IMG/VR virus record: IMGVR_UViG_3300014501_000012
Coordinates: 20,832 to 84,831 of that record
Origin: a virus
DNA: 64,000 bases
Strand: one strand, 5' to 3'
A program made the translations under genes and the position numbers. This document shows, one piece after another, positions 56,861-64,000 of this stretch (within the stretch, counting starts at the first letter, position 1; each line of letters begins with the position of its first letter). The notes below the pieces were generated by a model. It saw only the letters and a list, made by a program, of their open reading frames with translations, did no database searches and was not told where the DNA came from.

Positions 56861-58068
56861 AGATAATCGAACTGCGTGCGAGCAACGTCAAGCGACTCAA
56901 GGCGGTGACGATCACGCCGGACGGACCCATGGTGGTCGTGTCCGGTCGCAATGCGCAAGGGAAGTCCTCCGTCCTCGATGCGATCTGGATGGCGCTCGGT
57001 GGAGGCGCCGCGCAAAAGGACACGGCCCGGCCGATCCGCGATGGCGAGAACCAGGCCGAGGTCCGGCTCGACCTCGGGGACTTCATCGTGACGAGGCGAT
57101 GGGTTGGGGAGAAATCCACGCTGACGGTGATGTCGAAGGACGGAGCGAAGTACGGCTCGCCGCAGGCGTTCCTCGACGAGAAGCTGGGGCGCCTGTCGTT
57201 CGACCCCCTGGCCTTCTCGCTCAAGCCCGACAAGGAGCAGGTGGCCGACCTCCTGTCGCTCGTGTCCCTCCCGTTCGATCCGGTGGAACTCGACGCCCGG
57301 CGACGGGGGATCTTCGACGAGAGGACCGAGGTCGGGCGCGAGGTGAAGGTTCTCGAAGGGCAGCTCGACGGGATCGAGGACCCCGGCGATGTGGGCGACA
57401 GCGCGCCGGACCCGGACCCGATCCGCCAGGAGTTGCGAGAGGCGCGCACGGGGAACGCTGACCGCGACAATGTGGAGGCCGTTCTTGCGGAATGGAGAGG
57501 ACGTCTGCGCCGGGCCAAGGAGGAGGTCGCCGATGCCGAGAAGGCGATCAAGGACGCGGTCCGGGTACTGGACGAGATGCCAGGGACCATCGACATCGAC
57601 GAGATCGAGGAGCGCATGAACGCCACCTACGCGGCGAGTGCGGCCCACGGCGAGGCGGTGCTGAACCGCAGACGCCACGACGAACTCAAGGAGCGCCGGA
57701 GCGTCGTCCACGAACTGACTAAGCAGCTCCAACACATCGCCGAGGAGAAGGCCACGGCGCTCTCGAAGGCCGAGATGCCGATCGACGGCCTCTCGTTCGA
57801 CGACGAGGGCGTGACGTACCAGGGCATCCCATTCCGCCAGTGCTCGGCGGCCGAGCGGCTCCGGGTGTCGGTGGCGATGGCCCTCGCCATGAACCCCACG
57901 ATCAAGGTCATCCGGATCACCGACGGGTCCCTGCTCGACCGGGAGAACCTGGCGCTGATCGAGGAGATGGTGAAGGGTCGGGACGCCCAGTGCTGGATCG
58001 AGCGGGTTGAGGACGAGAGCGGCGTCGGGTTTGTGGTCGAGGATGGGGAGATTCGGGCCGATGCGTGA
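56857..58068 (+). CDS. SMC/RecF-like AAA ATPase
   Basis: N.KRLK; Walker A GRNAQGKSS; S..E signature; I.DGSLLD. Confidence 0.85.
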   Translation: MKIIELRASNVKRLKAVTITPDGPMVVVSGRNAQGKSSVLDAIWMALGGGAAQKDTARPIRDGENQAEVRLDLGDFIVTRRWVGEKSTLTVMSKDGAKYGSPQAFLDEKLGRLSFDPLAFSLKPDKEQVADLLSLVSLPFDPVELDARRRGIFDERTEVGREVKVLEGQLDGIEDPGDVGDSAPDPDPIRQELREARTGNADRDNVEAVLAEWRGRLRRAKEEVADAEKAIKDAVRVLDEMPGTIDIDEIEERMNATYAASAAHGEAVLNRRRHDELKERRSVVHELTKQLQHIAEEKATALSKAEMPIDGLSFDDEGVTYQGIPFRQCSAAERLRVSVAMALAMNPTIKVIRITDGSLLDRENLALIEEMVKGRDAQCWIERVEDESGVGFVVEDGEIRADA

Positions 58069-58774
58069 GCCGATGGACGTCACTGGCCAGCGCCGGGTCG
58101 CCACGACGCCAGAGCCAGCGATGTCGTCCGATGGTGGGGCACCTCCACCCCCACCTCACCTCCACGACTGGCGCGTGTGCCCTCCGACCACGGGCCTGCC
58201 AGCCGAACCCGGCATCGCCATCGTCTGCCTGTCGATCGGGTGCGATCTCCACCTCCATCTGCCGCTGGACGAGGAGGACCCGAATACCTGGCCGCGGTGG
58301 GAGGGCCCGGTGCCACCCGAGCCCACGGGAGACATCTGCCCGACCTGCGTCGCACGATTCCACGCTCGGGCGGGGCGAAGCCCGATGCCTGACGACCCGA
58401 CCTCGATCGAGTTCTACCATCGGGAGATCCGGCCGCTGGTCGAGAAGGCGGCGGTCGCTCTCAACGGGCACGACCTGATCTCGGTCGCGCTACCAGGGCG
58501 GTGGGCCTGCTCGTGCGACGAGTTTCATTCGGTCGCTCCTGGCAATGACGACTTCAACGAGCACCTGGCCCAGGTCGTCGTCGACGCGATCGACCTGCAC
58601 CTGATCCTTGCCAAGGCGCCGGTTACGAGCCTGGACCTCGGCAAGGCACTGAGCAACCTGCGGCTCGCGGTGGCTGTCGACAAGACGGTCACCGAGTACG
58701 CAGAGCTTGTCGAGGAGCTGGTGGCGGCGATCGAGGCGGCGTGGGGCCAAGACCCGAGACCGAGGCTTCCGTGA
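58061..58774 (+). CDS. Hypothetical protein
   Basis: Overlap chain; Cys/His motifs. Confidence 0.5.
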   Translation: MREPMDVTGQRRVATTPEPAMSSDGGAPPPPPHLHDWRVCPPTTGLPAEPGIAIVCLSIGCDLHLHLPLDEEDPNTWPRWEGPVPPEPTGDICPTCVARFHARAGRSPMPDDPTSIEFYHREIRPLVEKAAVALNGHDLISVALPGRWACSCDEFHSVAPGNDDFNEHLAQVVVDAIDLHLILAKAPVTSLDLGKALSNLRLAVAVDKTVTEYAELVEELVAAIEAAWGQDPRPRLP

Positions 58775-59088
58775 CCGACGACCTCCAGCCAGCCCTCCGT
58801 TGTCGGTGCGTGTATGACGAGAGCAACCCGACCGTCCTCGACGCCAAGCGGATCTACTGGCACCGCTGTCCGCTCCAGGCATCCCAGGAGGACGGGCTCT
58901 GCGACTGGTGCCGAGGACCGCTGGTGAATGGTGCGCTCCTGGTCGGTACGCCGCCCGATAGCTGCCACGCGATGGGGGAGTGGACCCCTCCGTGTTGGGA
59001 ACCAGGCGCCGATCGAATCCTCCTCCCGGTCGAGCTGATCGGCGAGCCCTGCTTCGACCACTACGCCGAAGAGGGAGTCCCGTTCTAA
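58771..59088 (+). CDS. Cys-rich hypothetical protein
   Basis: GTGA overlap. Confidence 0.5.
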   Translation: MTDDLQPALRCRCVYDESNPTVLDAKRIYWHRCPLQASQEDGLCDWCRGPLVNGALLVGTPPDSCHAMGEWTPPCWEPGADRILLPVELIGEPCFDHYAEEGVPF

Positions 59089-59312
59089 TGAGAGTGGGCG
59101 AATCAACCAACGAGTTCGGGACGCCGATCTCGGTCCACGTCTGCGATGCCTGCGGCGGTCGGTTCACGTGCTGCCCGGCCATCCCCGCAGGGAATCCACA
59201 CTGGGAGAACTGCCTCGCCGTCACGTGTCCCTCCTACGACATCACGCGGGACATCGATCTGGCGTGGGACCTGGGAGTGGCTGGTGGCATTGTCAGGTCG
59301 GTGCCGATCTGA
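59088..59312 (+). CDS. Small Cys-rich protein
   Basis: N..G....H.C..CG..FT.CP...C.SYD..RD. Confidence 0.55.
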   Translation: MRVGESTNEFGTPISVHVCDACGGRFTCCPAIPAGNPHWENCLAVTCPSYDITRDIDLAWDLGVAGGIVRSVPI

Positions 59313-59536
59313 TGATGGCCCGCGAGGTCGTGTTCGGTGGAGGACGAGGCGGTGGGAAGACCAAAGCGCGGGACGAATGGGTGGCCGAACGGATGGCAGA
59401 GATCACGGCGCTCGGGCGTCGATGCGACTGCGGCGGTCCCATCGTCGGGGCGAAGATCCTCAGTGCGAAAGACAGGGCGATGTTCGTCGGAGGCGTGTGT
59501 GAATTGTGCGAGAGAGCCTGGAGGGTGGAACCGTGA
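59312..59536 (+). CDS. Hypothetical protein
   Basis: TGATG overlap. Confidence 0.45.
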   Translation: MMAREVVFGGGRGGGKTKARDEWVAERMAEITALGRRCDCGGPIVGAKILSAKDRAMFVGGVCELCERAWRVEP

Positions 59537-60360
59537 GCGACAAGACGAGCATCGGATGGACGGACGCGACCTGGTCGCCGACAACCGGGTGTGATCGGGT
59601 AAGCCCAGGCTGCGAAAAATGTTATGCCCTTACGATGGCGGGCCGGCTCAAACTGATGGGCAGTGCGAAGTACCAGACGGACGGCGACCCTCGGACGAGC
59701 GGACCGGGCTTCGGCGTGGCACTCCACGAGGACGCGTTGACGGTCCCGATCCGGTGGAAGAAGCCTCGGCTTATCTTCGTGGATTCAATGAGCGATCTGT
59801 GGCATAAGGACATCCCCGACCCGTTCATCCTCGACGTGTTCTCGACCATGGGGCAGACCCCGCGACACACGTACCAGATCCTCACGAAGCGCCCGCAGCG
59901 CCAAGCCCTCTTCTCGCGCCGGCTGGCGTGGCACGACACCGGGGTCGGCATGGAGCCCTACCTCCGCGCCGCGGACACCGTTTCGGAGGGGTCGGAGGAA
60001 CCGCTGCCCAACGTGATGTTGGGCACGTCGATCGAGTCCGACCGGTACACGTTCCGAGCGAACTTCTTGCGCGAGACGAACGCGGCAGTGCGGTTCCTTT
60101 CGTGCGAGCCATTGCTCGGGCCGCTACCGTCGCTCAACCTCGCTGGCATCGGGTGGGTCATCGCGGGCGCCGAGTCCGGACACGGTGCGCGCCCGATGGA
60201 CCTGGACTGGGTGCGAGAGATCCGCGACCGGTGCGTGCTGAGCGGCGTTCCGTTCTTCTTCAAGCAGGCGGCGACGGCCTCGGGGCACAAGATCCCGCTC
60301 CCGGAGCTGGACGGGCGACAGTGGGCCGAGATGCCGGAACTAACAGGAGGATCGCAATGA
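59533..60360 (+). CDS. DUF5131 (phage Gp37/Gp68-like) protein
   Basis: T.I.WTD.TW.P.TGC..VSPGC..CYA, SMSDL.H, LTKRP, S.EPLLG, ESG..ARPM and FFFKQ motifs. Confidence 0.9.
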   Translation: MSDKTSIGWTDATWSPTTGCDRVSPGCEKCYALTMAGRLKLMGSAKYQTDGDPRTSGPGFGVALHEDALTVPIRWKKPRLIFVDSMSDLWHKDIPDPFILDVFSTMGQTPRHTYQILTKRPQRQALFSRRLAWHDTGVGMEPYLRAADTVSEGSEEPLPNVMLGTSIESDRYTFRANFLRETNAAVRFLSCEPLLGPLPSLNLAGIGWVIAGAESGHGARPMDLDWVREIRDRCVLSGVPFFFKQAATASGHKIPLPELDGRQWAEMPELTGGSQ

Positions 60361-61040
60361 CCGCACCGCTGGCGTTCATCGACTGTGAAACGACGGGCCT
60401 GGACCCTGATCGGCACGAGGTGTGGGAGGTGGCGGTCATCCTGCGCGAAGCCCCGCGACCCAATGATGCCGAACGTGTTGTCGATTGGAAGCGTGAGACT
60501 CGTCACGCCTGGCAACTCCCGGTCGATCTCAGTCGGGCCGACCCGTTCGCTCTCGAGATCGGGCACTTCCATGAGCGCCATTTGTTGCAGGGCTATGACT
60601 CACCTGGGACCATCACTTCCTTGGACACGGGCAGTCACTTTGTAAATGGCGTGCAGATCATCGACTCGACCACCCTGCGCCGGTTTTGCCGTGACTTCGC
60701 CAAACTGACAAAGGGAGCGCATCTGACCGGCAATGTCGTGAGCTTCGACGCGGAACGCATGGCGAAACTCCTCAAGCGCCACGGCGAGGTCCCCTCCTGG
60801 CACTACCACCTGATCGACACCGAGGCCCTGGCGGTCGGATGGATCATGGGCAAGTACGGGACGGCTGACGAGGCCGAACGCCAGGCGGTCGAGCTGCCGT
60901 GGGATTCGGAGAAGGTGAGCGGGGCCATCGGTCTCGACGTCACGAAGTACGAACGCCACACGGCGATGGGCGATGCGGAGTGGGCACGCGATATGTACGA
61001 CGCGGTGATAGACCACACCTTCGCTCCACCGGTCGGGTAG
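60357..61040 (+). CDS. Second DEDDh exonuclease
   Basis: FIDCETTGL, FD, WHY...D and HTA.GDA motifs. Confidence 0.85.
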   Translation: MTAPLAFIDCETTGLDPDRHEVWEVAVILREAPRPNDAERVVDWKRETRHAWQLPVDLSRADPFALEIGHFHERHLLQGYDSPGTITSLDTGSHFVNGVQIIDSTTLRRFCRDFAKLTKGAHLTGNVVSFDAERMAKLLKRHGEVPSWHYHLIDTEALAVGWIMGKYGTADEAERQAVELPWDSEKVSGAIGLDVTKYERHTAMGDAEWARDMYDAVIDHTFAPPVG

Positions 61041-61053
61041 GGTTTCCGTCCGG

Positions 61054-61245
61054 ATGCCACCGGCCGCGGACTCCCGCGAACCCGACGAGGCGATCCTGCG
61101 ACGGTGGATCGACGCCGAGCAGGCGAAGCTCGACGCGTCCCTCAAGGACTCGACCGTTGCGGCGTTCGCCATGGCGAGCACCTACCGGGCGAATCTCAAA
61201 CGCTGGCACGGGATGCTCGCAGCGCACGAGGTGGCCGTGGGATAA
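61054..61245 (+). CDS. Hypothetical protein
   Basis: 63 aa ORF. Confidence 0.4.
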   Translation: MPPAADSREPDEAILRRWIDAEQAKLDASLKDSTVAAFAMASTYRANLKRWHGMLAAHEVAVG

Positions 61246-61415
61246 CCCGGGCTCCCTACACAGCACCCGAGCACGCGGTACGACTCCCCGAGAGCCAGCG
61301 TCACGCAACCAGCGCGACGTGCCGCACGAATGCGACGGCGGTGCCAAGCCCTCATCCAAACCAATCAGACAGAGGTGTCCCGTCCAAGGGGGACGCCAAA
61401 GAAAGGGAGGCGAAG

Positions 61416-61901
61416 ATGCGGAACCGCATCGCTATCGCGTTAACCATGGCCGTCGCGGTCGTGGGATTGTCAATTGCTTTACCGTCAGGCGCGGTCGAAT
61501 CGCCGCAACCAGCACGGCCCGCCGTGTCATCGCACGTGATCCTCGATCCGAGCTACGTGGCGTGGCTCACCGAGTACCAGCAACTCTCGACGCTCCACGC
61601 AGCCGTCCAGCAGCAGGAGTTCTACGCTGCCGCGTCGAGCGACGCGACCGACGCCGCTACGTCGGACTGGTGGGCGTGCGTTATCACGCCTGAGTCCGGT
61701 GGTGACTTCGGTGATGCGAGCGGCGCGTACGGGGTACTCGGTGCCACGTGGTGGGCCTACGAGTGGGTCTGGGATCAGTTCGGCTACTGGTCGAGTCCCG
61801 GTGCGGCTCCACCACTCGTGCAGGCCGCGGTGGCGCTGGCGCTCTACCGAGCGAACGGGGGCTTCGGGCCGTCGGCCTGGAACAACCAGGCGCGGTGCTG
61901 A
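61416..61901 (+). CDS. Secreted Rpf-like (resuscitation-promoting factor) transglycosylase
   Basis: Signal peptide; W.C....ESGG, GAY....TW and A.P..Q...A..LY...W motifs; GGGAGG SD. Confidence 0.7.
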   Translation: MRNRIAIALTMAVAVVGLSIALPSGAVESPQPARPAVSSHVILDPSYVAWLTEYQQLSTLHAAVQQQEFYAAASSDATDAATSDWWACVITPESGGDFGDASGAYGVLGATWWAYEWVWDQFGYWSSPGAAPPLVQAAVALALYRANGGFGPSAWNNQARC

Positions 61902-61961
61902 CGGGGTGACGTAGAATCGTTCCCGGTCGGGCTCCCGCCCGGCCACGGTTGGACACGGTTA

Positions 61962-61991
61962 CGAGTGGGCTCCCTTCGGGGAGCCTGCTCG
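61962..61991 (+). terminator. Strong hairpin with TTCG loop
   Basis: CGAGTGGGCTCCC-TTCG-GGGAGCCTGCTCG. Confidence 0.6.
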
Positions 61992-62026
61992 CGTTCGGGG
62001 GGTGTAAGCCCAGGTCAGGGGCGATA

Positions 62027-62081
62027 ACTACAGGGGTAGCGCCCGGTGCTCGGATCTGTGTATACTAGTAGTCACCAAGCA
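62027..62081 (+). promoter_or_regulatory. Operator variant (ACTACAGGGGTAGC) plus TGTATACTAGTAGTCACCAAGCA promoter
   Basis: Both motif families are adjacent here. Confidence 0.7.
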
Positions 62082-62106
62082 ACACCCGACTCCCAAGGAG
62101 GGAACC

Positions 62107-62388
62107 ATGGCCATGACCGCTCAGGAAATGTTCGAGAGCAAGGTCACGCGCGAAGTGATCTGCCGCCAGTGCGAAGGACGCGGCCACTGGACCGGTGGAT
62201 ACCGCGAGATCACTTGCTCTCTCTGCGATGGGACTGGGAGACGCACGGTCCGTATCATCGCTCACGACCCTTCTTGCTCGCCTTGCAAGGGAACGGGCAA
62301 AGTCGCTCGAAGTCGCTGGGACGGGCGCCGCTGGGTCGCCACAACCGAGACCTGCTTCGGTCACGGACTCGGAAGCGGGGACTCGTGA
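62107..62388 (+). CDS. DnaJ-type zinc-finger protein
   Basis: CxxCxGxG x3; CCCAAGGAGG SD. Confidence 0.7.
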   Translation: MAMTAQEMFESKVTREVICRQCEGRGHWTGGYREITCSLCDGTGRRTVRIIAHDPSCSPCKGTGKVARSRWDGRRWVATTETCFGHGLGSGDS

Positions 62389-62603
62389 TGGAGAGGGACA
62401 ACCCGATGTCGGAGCACCTCCAGACAATGCACGGGCAGGACATCGACGGGGAGTGGCGACACGCCCCCGACCGATACCGTGCGAACGTGATGAGCGACGA
62501 GGCGCTGAGGTCTCGCCACGCCGACCTTCACGAAGAAGAGTCCTGGAACGAAGCCTCGGAGCGCCACGCCCACGTCGGCGGATCCCTGGAGGTGGCACCG
62601 TGA
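62388..62603 (+). CDS. Hypothetical His-rich protein
   Basis: TGATG overlap. Confidence 0.5.
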   Translation: MERDNPMSEHLQTMHGQDIDGEWRHAPDRYRANVMSDEALRSRHADLHEEESWNEASERHAHVGGSLEVAP

Positions 62604-62794
62604 CCACCGCCTGCTCGCGTTGCGACAGGACGCCCGCAGCGGGCTTCGCACACCTCGACCACAAGCGGTACTGCCAGCACGAGGACCCGGCGCGTGACTG
62701 CTACTCGATAGCGCAAGAGGTCACGCTCGTCGGTGAACGGATCACGCTGGCCACCGAGGGGCCGGAGCGCCCGCTGTTCGAGGTGGTGGCGTGA
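62600..62794 (+). CDS. Small Cys/His protein
   Basis: C.RC....G.A....RYC.H...CY. Confidence 0.5.
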   Translation: MTTACSRCDRTPAAGFAHLDHKRYCQHEDPARDCYSIAQEVTLVGERITLATEGPERPLFEVVA

Positions 62795-63057
62795 TGGCCA
62801 CTCCGAAGTCCGACCCGGTGATCTTGGATCACGACGGACGCCGGATCCGCGTGGGGGCGATCGCGACCGTCCGGATGCGCCCGGGGACATCGGGCGAGGT
62901 GGTCGGGTTCAAGGTGGTGGGCGAGCGCGAGGGCGGCGACAACGCGACCGCTCACTGGGTCAAGATCCAACTGTCAACGGACGGCCCGTTCGCAGCCTCG
63001 GCCACGATCTTGATGCCCTCGATCGACCTGGTGGTCGAGGACGAGGGAGGCGACTGA
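62794..63057 (+). CDS. Hypothetical (SH3/KOW-like) protein
   Basis: D.DG..I.VG..V. Confidence 0.5.
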   Translation: MATPKSDPVILDHDGRRIRVGAIATVRMRPGTSGEVVGFKVVGEREGGDNATAHWVKIQLSTDGPFAASATILMPSIDLVVEDEGGD

Positions 63058-63156
63058 TCGGCGGCGCGGGCTGAGTGCTCGCGTGGGAGGTCCCTCGGGT
63101 CTTGCTTGGTAGCGGTTCAGGGACCTCCCACGAGAACACCCAACCAAGGAGGAAGC

Positions 63157-63747
63157 ATGGATGACCTGGCAGCAGCCCCAAACCCAAGGGGAAATCCGAT
63201 AGAGGCATACGACGCCTTCATGTCGATGCCGCAGAGCGAGTGGACGGGGCTGGTCGGGAGCCTCCTCCGCGGCGGTGTCCTGACTCCCGCCGAGCAGGAA
63301 GGATTCGAGCGGGCGGTGGTCGACCGCGGAAAACTCGCCCCGACCTACGAAGCCGAACCGACGGTGGCGACATCGGGCGCCGTGCCCACCGAAGCCTTCG
63401 GCGGCCCGGTCGCGAGTGGTCGATGCGACGAGTGTGGGGCGATCGAATTCGCTGACCCGGCCCGACCGAACCAGCAGCACGCCGAGACCTGCTCGGTGAA
63501 CGCCGTCGAGGTCTCCTACCCCCCAACCCAGAACCTCGAAGTAGAGGTCCTCCGGGCGACCACCGAGACCGACCCCGCAGTCCTCCATGCGATGATCGAG
63601 CGCCTGCGCCTGGTGGTCTCGGCCCTGACGAAGCTCGTCTACGAGGACAACGATCCAGACCTCCCCCTGGCCGAGATCTCGAATCTCTGGGGCAACGGGA
63701 CGCCCGAAGAGATGGCCGCGCTCGAAGCCTGGGAAGCGACCCTCTGA
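63157..63747 (+). CDS. Hypothetical protein
   Basis: CCAAGGAGG SD. Confidence 0.6.
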   Translation: MDDLAAAPNPRGNPIEAYDAFMSMPQSEWTGLVGSLLRGGVLTPAEQEGFERAVVDRGKLAPTYEAEPTVATSGAVPTEAFGGPVASGRCDECGAIEFADPARPNQQHAETCSVNAVEVSYPPTQNLEVEVLRATTETDPAVLHAMIERLRLVVSALTKLVYEDNDPDLPLAEISNLWGNGTPEEMAALEAWEATL

Positions 63748-64000
63748 TGCACGGACCCCACGAGAGCCTCCCCGGCTACCACCCCGACCAGCTCCTCGTC
63801 GACGGGTGCGACGAGTGCGAAGAGCGGGGATGCTTGCTCGTCAGGCATACCTGCCTCCTCTGTTTGCCTCACGGTGGGCATAAGGCAAGCAAGTCGCCCG
63901 TGCAAGTCATTGCCTAAGATTCTGCCAGATTTCTGCCTCCTACCTCCAAAATGCCTCGTAAGCTGGAGTTATGAACTCCACCAATGTAGTTTCAGGAAGC

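Noticed and set aside
59312-59370. Terminase fragment (GGGRGGGKT P-loop-like)
   Set aside because: The ORF is only 74 aa and has no other ATPase motifs.
61246-61415. c-di-AMP (ydaO) riboswitch
   Set aside because: The characteristic conserved segments were not recognisable; kept only as an unknown structured leader.
1-64000. Integrase/att sites, terminase, portal, DNA polymerase
   Set aside because: No supporting motifs in this window; lifestyle (temperate or lytic) cannot be settled from it.

Overview
The window is a ~64 kb slice of a high-GC siphovirus (or prophage) infecting Actinomycetota. Host evidence: WhiB, DUF3039, a LAFTG sortase signal, an Rpf-like protein and apparent leaderless genes. 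Left part (1-28245, + strand) is the virion module: a 5'-truncated SGNH-containing fibre, two capsid proteins (hexamer/pentamer type), major tail protein, head-tail adaptor, tail chaperones, tape measure, Dit, a pectate-lyase-like spike, a hub and a beta-propeller. An inverted operon of small genes (28249-30816) follows, then a lysis cassette (GH25 lysin, membrane proteins, C1 peptidase fused to a holin-like segment). The early/replication arm (34923-63747) carries YqaJ/RecT, ParB, WhiB, DnaQ, a replication initiator with iterons, MerR, HNH, RusA, a ParB-methyltransferase, an SMC-like ATPase, DUF5131 and many small overlapping ORFs. No terminase, portal, integrase, tRNA or CRISPR array was seen. 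Most notable: (1) one ~65-aa module inserted in frame into at least six different virion proteins, including a copy nested inside another copy in the major tail protein; (2) a regulatory set of a GTATACTAGTA promoter motif (x5), a GCTACA-NN-TGTAGC palindrome (x5), an extended CCCAAGGAG Shine-Dalgarno (SD) (>10 copies) and a candidate structured RNA carrying the exact complement of that SD. All product calls come from motifs read by eye, not database searches.
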